From Moniliella sp. 'wahieum' (lineage: Eukaryota), in NCBI GenBank assembly GCA_003971905.1, contig RSEE01000071.1, positions 124,001-188,000 of the forward strand: a DNA stretch of 64,000 nucleotides, in the 5' to 3' direction. Shown here piece by piece: positions 53,967-64,000 of this stretch. The notes below the pieces were generated by a model. The model searched no databases. It had not been told where the DNA came from and saw only the letters and a list, made by a program, of their open reading frames with translations. A program made the translations under genes and the position numbers. Every line of letters begins with the position of its first letter. Within the stretch, counting starts at the first letter, position 1.

Positions 53967-56957
53967 ATGTCCTTTGCGCCGTCTGACCAGGCCGTCCGAT
54001 CACGCGCCCACCCGTCCGCCCGCCGCCGCGACACCATCATCGACGCCCCGCCGCCCCCGCCCCCGCCCCCGCCCACGCCGACGACGACCGCCCCCGCCCC
54101 GACAGCAGCCACGACAAGCACAGGGACTCCTTCCTCTACCCTCCGCCCAGCCACCACCATGCCTCGGGCGCACCCGGCCTCGCCCGCGCATACCCCGCCC
54201 CCTCCTGGGCTGCCCCTCGGCACCGCCCTCGCCCCCGTCGAGTGGCGCATCGTCGCTGCCGTCGCTCTTGTCGCCGCTGTGTTCCGCTTCTGGAAGCTGA
54301 ACCGCCCCAGCAGCGTCGTGTATGTCCTTTGTCTTTTTTGTCTTCTGCTGCGCCCCGCTTGTGAATGCCAACGCCTGACTCGGCTGCTCTGCCCAGGTTT
54401 GATGAAGTGCACTTGGCAACTTTGCGGGCAAGTACCTCCGCCGCCACTTTTTTATGGACGTGCATCCGCCCCTGGCCAAGCTCCTGATCACCCTGGCTGC
54501 CTGGCTCGGCGGGTACGACGGCAACTTTGACTTTAGCGGCATTGGCAACGAGTATCTGGCCGGGGACTTGCCCGGCCAGCCGGTGCCCTACGTGGCCATG
54601 CGCAGCGTCTCGGCGCTCTGTGGCTGGGCCTTGGTTCCCGTTGCGTTCATCACGCTTCGCGCGGCCGGGGTACGCACTGGGTCCGCGTTGGTAGGCGCGT
54701 GCTTTGTGTTGCTGGACAATGCGCTGGCGACGCAGAGCCGGTACATTTTGTTGGATGCGCCCTTGGTCCTTTTACGGCGACGACCGTGCTGTGTTGGGTG
54801 TGCTTTGGCAAAGAAGATGCTCGCCAGCCCTTTTCGCGTCCGTGGTGGATCTGGCTCTTTGCCACCGGTACCTCCCTGGGACTTGTGATCAGTGTCAAAT
54901 GGGTCGGCTTGGCAACAGTCGCGACGATTGGAGCTGCAAACTGCCCTTCAGCTTTGGTTCCGCTTGGCCGACCGACGCACTTCCTTGTACGGTCTCACCC
55001 GCCACTTTCTGGCCCGTGTGGCTGGTCTGATTGTTGTGCCCCTCGCCGTGTATGCAATGACGTTTCGTATCCATTTCGCCTTGCTCAACATGGCTGGCGA
55101 TGGGGATGGGTTCATGTCGCCGGCCTTTCGCCACTCGCTCCAGGGCGGCGAAATGCAAGATACCTATGCGCGTGTCGCGCTCGGCAGCGCCGTTACCCTC
55201 CGCCACCTCAACACCAAGGGAGGCTACCTCCACTCGCACCCGTTCAACTACGAATCCGGTTCCAAGCAGCAACAGGTCACCCTTTACCCGCATTCGGACG
55301 ACAACAATGTATGGGAAATCGTTGCGGCACCTACCGCTGATGCGCCACCACAGGTCGACAGCAACGGTGTCCCGCTCACGCTTCCCTCGGGAACGCCCCG
55401 AGATGTGGAGAAGCATTGGGCCCAGCTCGAGTGGCTCAAGGATAAAGCCGAAGTGCGTTTGATTCATCGCGCGTCGGACAAACGGCTGCATTCGCATAAC
55501 CATCGACCGCCCATTACGGAGAACGATTACCAGAACGAGGTGTCGGCCTATGGCTCACCTGGCTTTACCGGCGATGGCAATGACAATTGGGTTGTGGAGA
55601 TTGATCCGATCGATACCCCGGCCGGAGCGGCGCGAGAAGAAGTGCAGACGCTTCGGACGGTGTTCCGGTTGCGCCACTACAATTCCGGGTGTTACTTGTT
55701 TAGCCACAATGTTCATTTGCCCGACTGGGGCTTTGGCCAACAAGAAGTCATGTGCAACCAATGGCCCACCCGGCCCCGTTCGCTGTTTTACATTGAGACC
55801 AACAGCCACCCTTTGCTCGAACGCGATGCGCACGCAACCAAGACCAATTACCCCCGTCCTTCCTTCTGGGCCAAACTGATTGAACTGCAACAGGTCATGT
55901 GGACCACCAATGCTGGCCTGACAGAACGGCATGCGTACGACTCGCGTCCTCACCAATGGCCTCTGCTCCGTCGCGGCGTCAACTATTGGTCCCGCGAACA
56001 TCGTCAAGTGTACTTTATTGGCAACCCGTTGATCTGGACCTTGGGACTGGCTGCCGTGCTCACCTATCTCGTCGCCCGCATCGCCATCATCTTGCGTGCC
56101 AAACGTGGTTATGGCGATCTGCACAACTCGACCGTATCGTTTTACGATGGTCTGCTGGCCTTCTTGGTAGGCGGGTATGCGGTGCACTACCTGCCCTTCT
56201 TCATCTTGGGCCGACAACTCTTCCTCCACCATTACCTGCCTGCCTTGTACTTTGCCATTCTGACGTTTAGTGTGGTGTGGGACGCGGGCATGGCACGTGT
56301 CCGTGCCAAGTGGAGGGTACAGGCTAGCTTTGCCCTCATCCTCCTTGCCCTCTTTGTCTTCTCCCGCTCTCCCCGCTCATGGCGGCCGGTCGATGGACCC
56401 AAGCGCAATGCCAAGCCGCTCGCCTCCGATCTACCTGGGACTTTGACTGCGTTCAATTCCCTCTCGACGCTAAGGCTTACGATCAATGGCCCGATCCCGT
56501 CCACACTGCTTTGCCTTCCCTCGGACCTAACTTCCCCCCCTTGCCCTCCCTCCCGCCTCAAGTGCCCACCTCCGACACCAACCCCGCACCCGCTTCCTCC
56601 TCTATCCCTCCTTCCTTTGGCGCCGCCGCTCCGGCCAACCATGCGTTCGAACACGCCAAGAAGGTCTCTGCTTCGGGCCAGCCCGACTCATCGTCGCAGC
56701 CTGCTGCCTCCCTTGCTCTGGGCGGCGCAGCAGTGAAGGACGACCCCGTCCCGCTTCAAGTGGATTCCTCGTCGCCTGCCTCGTCGCCTGCTTTCTTCGC
56801 TCGCCTCGTCGTCGTCGTCGTCATCGACCGCTGCTGGCGCTGGTACCGACACGGTCGACCCACATGGACTGGACGCCAAGCAAATTCAAAATATGGTGTG
56901 GGCGGACGTTGGCTGCTGGACTCAAGGCGTCGGACGTGCCTGCTGCCGAGGGCATGA
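53967..56957 (+). CDS. PMT1: Dolichyl-phosphate-mannose:protein O-mannosyltransferase, PMT1 subfamily (intron 54320-54396; indels; end approximate)
   Basis: SSVV|FDEVH, FMDVHPPLAKLLITLA, SVKWVGL, MIR domains (GGYLHSH...GSKQQQVTLYPH), NYWSREHRQVYFIGNP, RQLFLHHYLPALYF. Confidence 0.9.
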
Positions 56958-57176
56958 CCGCACTTCCCGTCGCACCCTAGTCCTAGTCCCAATCCCATCC
57001 AGCCCTCCAGCCCGATTCAAACACGATCCAACTTGATCCAACTTGATCCAACACGATCCAACCTGATCCGTACCGATCGATTGAGGTGGGGGTCCATGCG
57101 AGGCGTTGGAGTCACATGCCGTCTTCCCGTCTCGTTGGATTCTGGTCTCTCTTTCTCTCTCTCGTCGTCCTCGTCA

Positions 57177-57235
57177 TGCGTCGTTCGTCGTGCGTCGTGC
57201 GTCGTGCGTCGTGCGTCGTGCGTCGTGCGTCGTGC
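57177..57235. repeat. (CGTCGTG)n heptamer repeat
   Basis: About eight units, one imperfect. Confidence 0.9.
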
Positions 57236-57658
57236 CTCGTCCCACCGTACCGCACCCCAGGGTAGGGCCTCCCTCTGCAGGGCAACGTATGGTCATTGGT
57301 GCATCGGCCACGCCTTTCTCCCTCTCTCTCTCTCTCTCTCTCTCTCCTCCACTCCCCGCACCTAGTCTCCCCTCTCCCTCCCTCCTTCGGATACGGCTGT
57401 ACCGCTCGAAATCTCATCGCTCAGCGCTCAGCGCTCAGCGCTCATTGCTCATCTCTCATCTCTCATCCCTCATCGTTATGACGAGTCCCTTCTAATTCCT
57501 CTGGACGGAGAGGCGTTCTGTTGTCGCCATGCCTTCAAAGAAAAACGGACATTGAAGCCCTTCTGGGTTAGCTGTAAGTTCACATTAGGACGTTTAGTTG
57601 AACCACTGAACCGCAGTCAAGTACGGGACTCAGGGCTAGAGCATGGTCAGCGTTGATG

Positions 57659-57707
57659 AACGATTAACGATTAACGATTAACGTTTAACGTTTAACGTTT
57701 AACGATT
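57659..57707. repeat. (AACGWTT)7 heptamer repeat; related array at 14178-14212
   Basis: AACGATT x3, AACGTTT x3, AACGATT. Confidence 0.92.
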
Positions 57708-57774
57708 AACTTCAACTGCGAGATCAGTGGGACCAGAGCTGAGCCATGCCCATGCTCATGCTCATGCTCATCTT

Positions 57775-58390
57775 GTGTAACTTGTCGCTGTGGCCAGAAA
57801 ACCATGAAATCCCGTGGGTTCCTTAGTTGCAACGGCCCGGGGTTGTATTGTCAAGCCACAAACGGGACACCCCTTTTGGCCTCTCTGCCAGGCCCTGATC
57901 ACAGTGTGGTGGCGGTACCGTTCCCAAGATGGCAGTGCGGTTCTTTTCCCATTCCCGGTACAAAGCCCGTCTCGCCCACGCACACCCAACAGACGGGCGT
58001 CCCAGCACCATACCACAACGTTTTGCTGGTGATCTTTTGGCCGGCACGACCGAAAGAGCAGCGATGGCGGTTAATTCGGCTTCAGCATCCCACCTCTATA
58101 CTCCCTTGCTGATGCCCCGTTCGAACGATCGCGATATACCGCAACTACGCAGCTAATACCCTCTCCACCCTTGTGTTATAAGCAAGAAGGCATCCCAACT
58201 CTTTTCCTGTATTGACGCGACCAAGACGCACAACTAGTAGACTTTTTGAGCAGGTTGAGGGGAAAGTAGCGGCAGCGTGGATGGGGTCGACCTGTTCCAA
58301 AACGAGGGACCGGTGGCGTTCTGGAAACGCACCACGCCAGGCGTCCTTCTAAGGTGCTGCTTTTACTTTTAGATACTATAGCCTGTACTC
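57775..58390 (+). pseudogene. SFC1: Decayed succinate/fumarate mitochondrial carrier (SFC1-like) pseudogene
   Basis: Collinear relics across frames: KSRGFL, GTVPKMAVRFFSHSRYKARLA, FAG..AGTTE..AVN, IRLQ, YSLAD, KQEGIPTLF, IDATKT, QVEGK, LFQNEGPVAFWKRTTP; stops, substitutions and an internal deletion. Confidence 0.75.
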
Positions 58391-58489
58391 AGAGGGGGTA
58401 GTAGGTGGGCTTTTCCCCCACCTCTCCCATCATCGCCAATCGATACAGTAGATGCAACGCCTTCCTCTTAGTGCCCCCTCTGCTCTCCG

Positions 58490-58705
58490 CTTTCTCTCCT
58501 CTCAGCGTTCCACCTGTCTCAGCTCCAGATTGTTAGCAGCTCCAGATTGTTAGCCACTCATAGTGTTGTTCCAGCTTCCCAAATCGAATTGGTGGAGCAT
58601 TCCGTCCAAACGCTCTTAGTCTCAGCTTCAGTCCAAGTTTTGGGCTGCGTTTGTCCCTCGCCGTTTGCCTCTTTCCTCTCTAAAGTTGAGACAGCTTCAG
58701 ACATG
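58490..58705 (-). pseudogene. Possible relic of a telobox-type Myb domain
   Basis: Across frames: PKTWTEAETK / LDGMLHQFDLGSWNN / NNLEL..DRWN; includes a 17-bp tandem duplication (AGCTCCAGATTGTTAGC x2). Confidence 0.25.
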
Positions 58706-59253
58706 TTACTACTGCCCACTGGTCGGTGCCACGTAGCCTCGCCATACTCTTTGTAGCCACCTCGACTACACGCCGATAGACTTCTCTTCGTTTCTAGCCC
58801 CGCTGGGATTCACCAAGAAGCCGAAGATCGCAGCGGGATCCATATAGACGAGACTGAAATAAGGGGGGGGAGGAGATCAACGGCAAAGGATACCTGGACG
58901 AAGGGATTCGGGAAGACCGAGAGGTGGTCGCTGAAGCAGATCGATGAGACTGCTGGTGAACTAGGGAGTAACGCGGATGTTGTCTGATGGGTCAAGGATG
59001 GATTCGTCAGGAGATGTTGTTACACAAGGAACCGTTAGGGGAAAAACATAAAAGAAAGGCTATACAGGCAATAAGTCTGGGAAGCAACATACAACGTTGA
59101 ACGATGAAATAATAAAGACTAATGGCTCTCAAAAGGAGCGCAGATTAAGTAGGGAAAGGTTCCCTATTAACAAGAACAGTCTCAAGCATGAAAAAGGCCC
59201 AAAGTAGAATGGGCTGGTTCTCCTCCCTCAGCCTGAGGTGTTAGAGGTAGTGC

Positions 59254-59495
59254 TATAGGGGTCCACTGCCCGGCCCTCAGTGGATCAGTGACGCTCGCTT
59301 AGCCGGGCGGAAGAGTTTCGCTCGCAGGCCGCGCACGCCCTGCTCGCTCCATCTCCCTTCTCTCTCTCCTGTCTCCTTCCCCTTCAGACGTTGCTTGAAG
59401 ACTTGTGGCTCACCACTTTGCCTTCATGCCTTGTCTGAAGGCCGCTTTGCAGCTGATCCATAGGATCGCGAGTGCTCCCAAGTCGCACTCTAGCA
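59254..59495. mobile_element. Diverged second copy of the solo LTR at 12766-13000
   Basis: Same orientation; long shared blocks (CGCTCGCAGGCCGCGCAC, GACGTTGCTTGAAGACTTGTGGCTCAC, CCAAGTCGCACTCTAGCA); 5' TG reads TA; no matching TSD. Confidence 0.8.
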
Positions 59496-60937
59496 TCAGC
59501 GCCATCAGCACATGAACGTAAAAGGCATGAGCGGAGAATCTCACAACGGAAACGAGACGCCTGGATCAGAAAACGGACGTCCAGATCCGGCAGCTCAATG
59601 ATATATAATTGCTAGTTAGCGCCCACTCGCGCTCAAGACTACAAAAGACCCAATATTTGGAGTAGATAAAATCAGTAGGGACTCCGACAAAGCTCACGCA
59701 CGGATCTCTTCAGTCGTACGGAAGGGACTTGAAGATCTTGATCACCCACAGATCGAATGAAGCATGCTCTCCGTTTCGACTCAATGGAGTAGATGGAGGG
59801 TTGTTTAGGTGAGCCAGCGAGCTGGGACCCTTAACAGTATCAATGTTGCCTCGATTGCCCAAGCGCCCATTGAAGATGGTTCCTCTGTTGCCCCCGTTTG
59901 GTAGGCTTGCTATACGGAGGGAACTGATTTATGTCCACAGGAAAAGGATGTGGCTCGTCGAATGGGAATCTTCCCTTTAGCCTATTGTGTGGCGAAGTCA
60001 CAATGTATATTACTTAGACGCTATGGAGTGTCAGGTTATGATATAGGAGCAGGGGTAGTAGGAACATGATCGATTCAACATTGACATTCCGTTGGCATAT
60101 ACATAGTCTTCTAAAGAACTCAGCGCATGCATCTGATCGATCTGATCTTTGCCTCTTGAGTGGAAGCTTAAGGACGTGGGCGTGCTGCCACACATATCTA
60201 CACAGTACTGGCCTACCGGGTGAGTGCGGTCAGTGATGGAAGTGATCAGTAGATCAGGCGTCACTAGTCGCTCTGGTGTGTCGGCGTTTGGACGGGGAAC
60301 GTTGAGCGGCAACACCCGCGGTAACCGACAACCGATGACGGTCATCATAGTACGCATCCCACGGCGGCGTCCTCTATCCTGCCAGGAGAGGCCCGGGGAA
60401 ATGGGCTCATTTTGCTGCTGACCCAGGCTGGGTGTGGCCGCGACAGCTGCGGGGACCAGCTCGCCAACCGACGGACCGGGTGGGGGGGCAGACAGACGCC
60501 GAGGAGGGGTGAGTACTGAGCTCGCGTGGCCTGTGTAAAAACAGACGGTAGCAAGGGGCGATCAGATCCAATGATGTAATCTCGGCGATTCGAGCGGCGC
60601 CGCCACTGCATCTTAGTCCACCTGGCGGGTGACTGGGTGACTTGGCCAGTGATGGCGACGCGTGACTACCAGCCCGGATGAAAGTTGAAAGGAAGGGGCG
60701 CTTGCGCGCAATGCATCCCATGGAGCGCCGCAGACAGCCGCACTGGGACACACCCGCACGCGCAGTTGAGGCGCTGCCACGGCAGCACCGCAGGCACTGC
60801 CGCAGTGGGTTCGGAGAGGCGCAGCGCCACTGTCTCGTGTTGGTTGCACACTCCCAAGCGGCGCAGTGCCGCGATCGACATCCCGCCTGCCCTTCGTCTG
60901 GGCTGCCACCACCATCCCTAACCCCCCCCCCCCCCCC

Positions 60938-62193
60938 ATGGCCGCTGCTGCTGCTGACGCCGCTGCTCCCCGCCGTCGCGTGCGTCTGTTTAGCGCCGAG
61001 GACGTCGCCTCCCATGCCACCCTCGACGACTGCTGGGTCGTGCACGAAGGTCGTGTGTTTGATGTGACCCCCTTTGTCGAGGACCACCCAGGCGGCGATG
61101 ACTTGCTGCTGCCGTACGCAGGCAAGGACCTGGCGGGCGCCATGGCCGACCCCGAGCTCCATTCCCACTCCGACTCGGCGTATGCTGTGCTCGACGAGTA
61201 CTACATTGGCCGCCTTGCTTCTGCCGAGGATATGGCCAAGGCCAAGCAGCTTCAGGCTACCACCTTCGCCCAGATGGCCGCTGCTGGTGTCGACACAGAC
61301 ACGCTCAAGAAGTTTGGAGGTGTGGCGGGAGGCGACTTTAGTGGCAAGGACGAGGATATTGTTATCACCTCCGACTTTAGCCCCGACGACACCGACACTG
61401 CTTGCGACTTGGCCCAGCACAAGTTCCTCGATCTGACCAAGCCTCTCATCCCACAAATGTGGTTCTCCACCTTTGACAAGGCCTTTTACCTCGAGCAGGT
61501 CCACATCCCGCGGCACGTCAAGGGCTCTGCGCTTCTCTTTGGGCCGTGGTACTTGGAGATCTTTACCAAGACCCAGTGGTACGTGCCGGCGCTCGTCTGG
61601 TTGCCCATTGCTGCCACCTTGGCCGCCCGCTCCCTGTGCCAGTTCAGCTTGTTGCCTGTCCCATCCGCATTCAATGTTCCCGCCTGCTTGGCGACTTACT
61701 TCCACTCCCTCTCCTTGGTCACGCCCGTGTCCTGGGTAAGCTTGGGCGTTGCCATTGCCAATGGCATGCTTATCTGGTCTCTGCTCGAGTACGGCTTGCA
61801 CCGTTTCCTGTTCCACATTGATGCCATCCTCCCCGACCGCCCCGTCTTCCTCCTCCTGCACTTCCTTCTGCATGGCGTGCACCATTACCTTCCCATGGAC
61901 GGCCTCCGGCTCGTTATGCCTCCCGTGCTCTTCTTCCTCCTGCAAGCTCCGTTTACAAGGTTCGCACACTCGGTCCTACCCACCGCTTTTGCCAATGGCT
62001 TAATTGCCGGTGCCTTCTTCTCTATGTCGGCTATGACACCACCCACTGGGCTCTGCATCATTCCCGTCTCCCTGCCTACCTAATGGAACTCAAGCGGTAC
62101 CACCTTGAGCACCATTACAAGAACTACGAGCTCGGGTTTGGCGTCACGTCCAAGCTGTGGGACCTGGTGTTCAACACGCAATTCACTCCGTGA
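60938..62193 (+). CDS. SCS7: Sphingolipid fatty acid 2-hydroxylase with N-terminal cytochrome b5 domain (indel near 62025)
   Basis: b5 motif VFDVTPFVEDHPGG, KFLDLTKPL, YLEQVHIPRH, LEYGLHRFLFH, FLLHGVHHYLPMDGLRLVMPP, YHLEHHYKNYELGFGVTSKLWDLVF. Confidence 0.96.
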
Positions 62194-63184
62194 GAGACGT
62201 CTGGTCCCAGAGTGTTTCCCTGGTCCGTCCATCGATAAACTGGACGGACGAAACGGGTGCTCTTTTTGTCCTGCTTGGTTTCTAAGATTCTGCTCTTGGT
62301 TGCTCATGCCGCTATCGAATCAGGGACATGTGCTGGCGGTGGAGTGAGCCCTCCTTCTACTTCCGCCACCGCGTCTGGAGGCAAAGGCGCGGTCGTATGC
62401 ATTGCATCGATAATCATGCTTGGCTTGCTTGGGAAATTGCGGTTGCTATGGAATTGATTCAAGTTAGATGTCGCGTTGCTTCTGTCCGCCTGCGTATGCG
62501 ACGGGTCTGTCCACCATTCAGGTTCACTAGACTGAGCTAGGTTTCGGGCATTGGCCATTTTGGGGGCAGGGGGAGTACGGACTGTCGAGGTCCGGGGATG
62601 AGGGAGAAGACAGCCGGGCGAGGATTGGTGAATCAAATGTTGTTCGATGCTTTATCTGCGTTGCCCCGATACCCAACAAACCCCAATTTCTAACTTTTAA
62701 CCGGCCCCATAGTAGACTCGTGCCCATATTCCTCAACAACCTATCCTTCCACCGGCCGGATCGTCTTGGGCCGTTTTGTCTAAAAGTGGGACAGATCCAG
62801 AGAGCACAATGTGCGACCCCACCTTCTCCCTGTCCGTCTCAAAACATCCACAAACCTAAGGCCTTAGGCCTCAGGGAGGCCTCAGGGAGCTCGATCACCA
62901 TGAGCACACGATTCGGTTCATCGACCAAATCCCCTCATGCGACGGGCGACACAGAAGCCAGGACGAGGATGGTTCTGCGAACGGCTATGAGTGCACAATG
63001 GGAGGGGGAGGATGCGACTTCCCGAGGTGCCAAAGGGCTTTTTTACGGAGGTAGGGCTGGCCAATCTCACAAGGATAACGACCGGGAAGGACCTCAAAGG
63101 ACTGCAGTGCAAATAATACAACCACCCTGCTGACGCAGGGGAGGGGGTGCCGTAGTTCCATCGCAACAACTGGGACGATCACAG

Positions 63185-63760
63185 TTAGAAGCCAGGCGGG
63201 CGCAATCCTTCTTGCGGTTGCTGCCCCGCCTGCAGGGCGGGAGCACCGGGAGCACCGGGGGTACCAGGTGCCGAGCCCATCAGCGCCGATGCACCTGACG
63301 ACTGCCCGGCCATCTCACGCTCTTGCATCGCGAACCGCGCCTCATCCTCCACAGCCAACGCAACGGAAGACCAACAAGGAGGGCAGACGTCGTGAGCACC
63401 CAGGCGGCCCGGCCAGCGAGCGCTCCAAGCCCCCACGTAGTCGCCACCAGAGCGGCAGCAGTGTTGGAAATGGCACTGCGGGTGCTGGGAGGTACAATAT
63501 CCTTAAGCGCAGCCAGGCGCTCTCCCAGCGTCTCTTCCAACACCTCGTCGTCCGACTCGGCAATGGAACTCTAGGAGCGTGGCAGAGTGTCAGGTTGTCA
63601 CGGTAGGTTAAACGTTAACGTCCCAACGACAGGCCGGAGGGGAAAGGGCAGATTCCACACGTACCACATCGCTTCCCTCATCTTCCTCGTCTTCCCACTC
63701 GTCGGCGTCGGTGGAGGCGCGACGGAAGTGCTCATCAGTCGTCTCCTCGAGCTGGACCAT
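63185..63760 (-). CDS. TOM22: Mitochondrial outer membrane import receptor Tom22 (intron about 63571-63664)
   Basis: MVQLEE, acidic N-terminus, ETLGERLAALKDIVPP, AWVLTTSALLVGLP.ALAVEDE, C-terminal LRPPGF. Confidence 0.92.
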
Positions 63761-64000
63761 GACGGGCAGATGGTTGGAGGAGTGGGAAAGAATATATGGC
63801 TTCCTCCCCGCGCTCCCGACCGCGCCTTATTCCGCCCACCGCCCCTTTCCGCTGCTATCCGCAGGCCGAAAGGAGTGCCATTGATATTGAGCGTTGCGCC
63901 GCTTGGCCAAATATGGTAAGCATCACGTAAGCTCCCTTGACACTGCCCTGCTTTATTTGAGCCAAAAGCACCTGGCGAGGGGAGCACAAAGTGTTCCTCT

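Noticed and set aside
60407..61969. 520-aa - strand ORF
   Set aside because: Antisense shadow of SCS7; the same applies to the long ORFs opposite PMA1 and myosin I.

Overview
Eukaryotic (fungal) genomic DNA, GC-rich and gene-dense, with short spliceosomal introns (GTRNGT donor, CTRAC branch point, YAG acceptor). Protein style suggests a basidiomycete, probably a smut relative (Ustilaginomycotina); this is inference. Recognisable housekeeping genes: RAD6/UBC2, GGC1, SDH1, PMA1, WRAP73/WDR8, ERV25, PRE10, myosin I, a DUF1308 protein, PRP16, MET8, SCO1, NAA50, HSBP1, SES1, a Nrd1/Mrn1-type four-RRM protein, a GCIP-like protein, PMT1, SCS7 and TOM22, plus tRNA-Val(CAC) with an intron and tRNA-Ala(AGC). 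Almost every gene carries 1-nt frameshifts, best explained as an unpolished long-read assembly, so gene ends are approximate. I see no convincing multi-gene novel system. The most interesting signal lies in two gene-poor islands (about 11-16 kb and 57-60.5 kb). They hold a solo LTR with a perfect 5-bp target-site duplication and a diverged second copy, a cryptic two-exon small secreted Cys-containing effector-like gene missed by the ORF track, a decayed SFC1 carrier pseudogene and a possible Myb/telobox relic. Elsewhere there is a degenerate Tri3/Mac-like acyltransferase and an intron with six tandem branch-point motifs. All family assignments come from motif recognition, not database searches.
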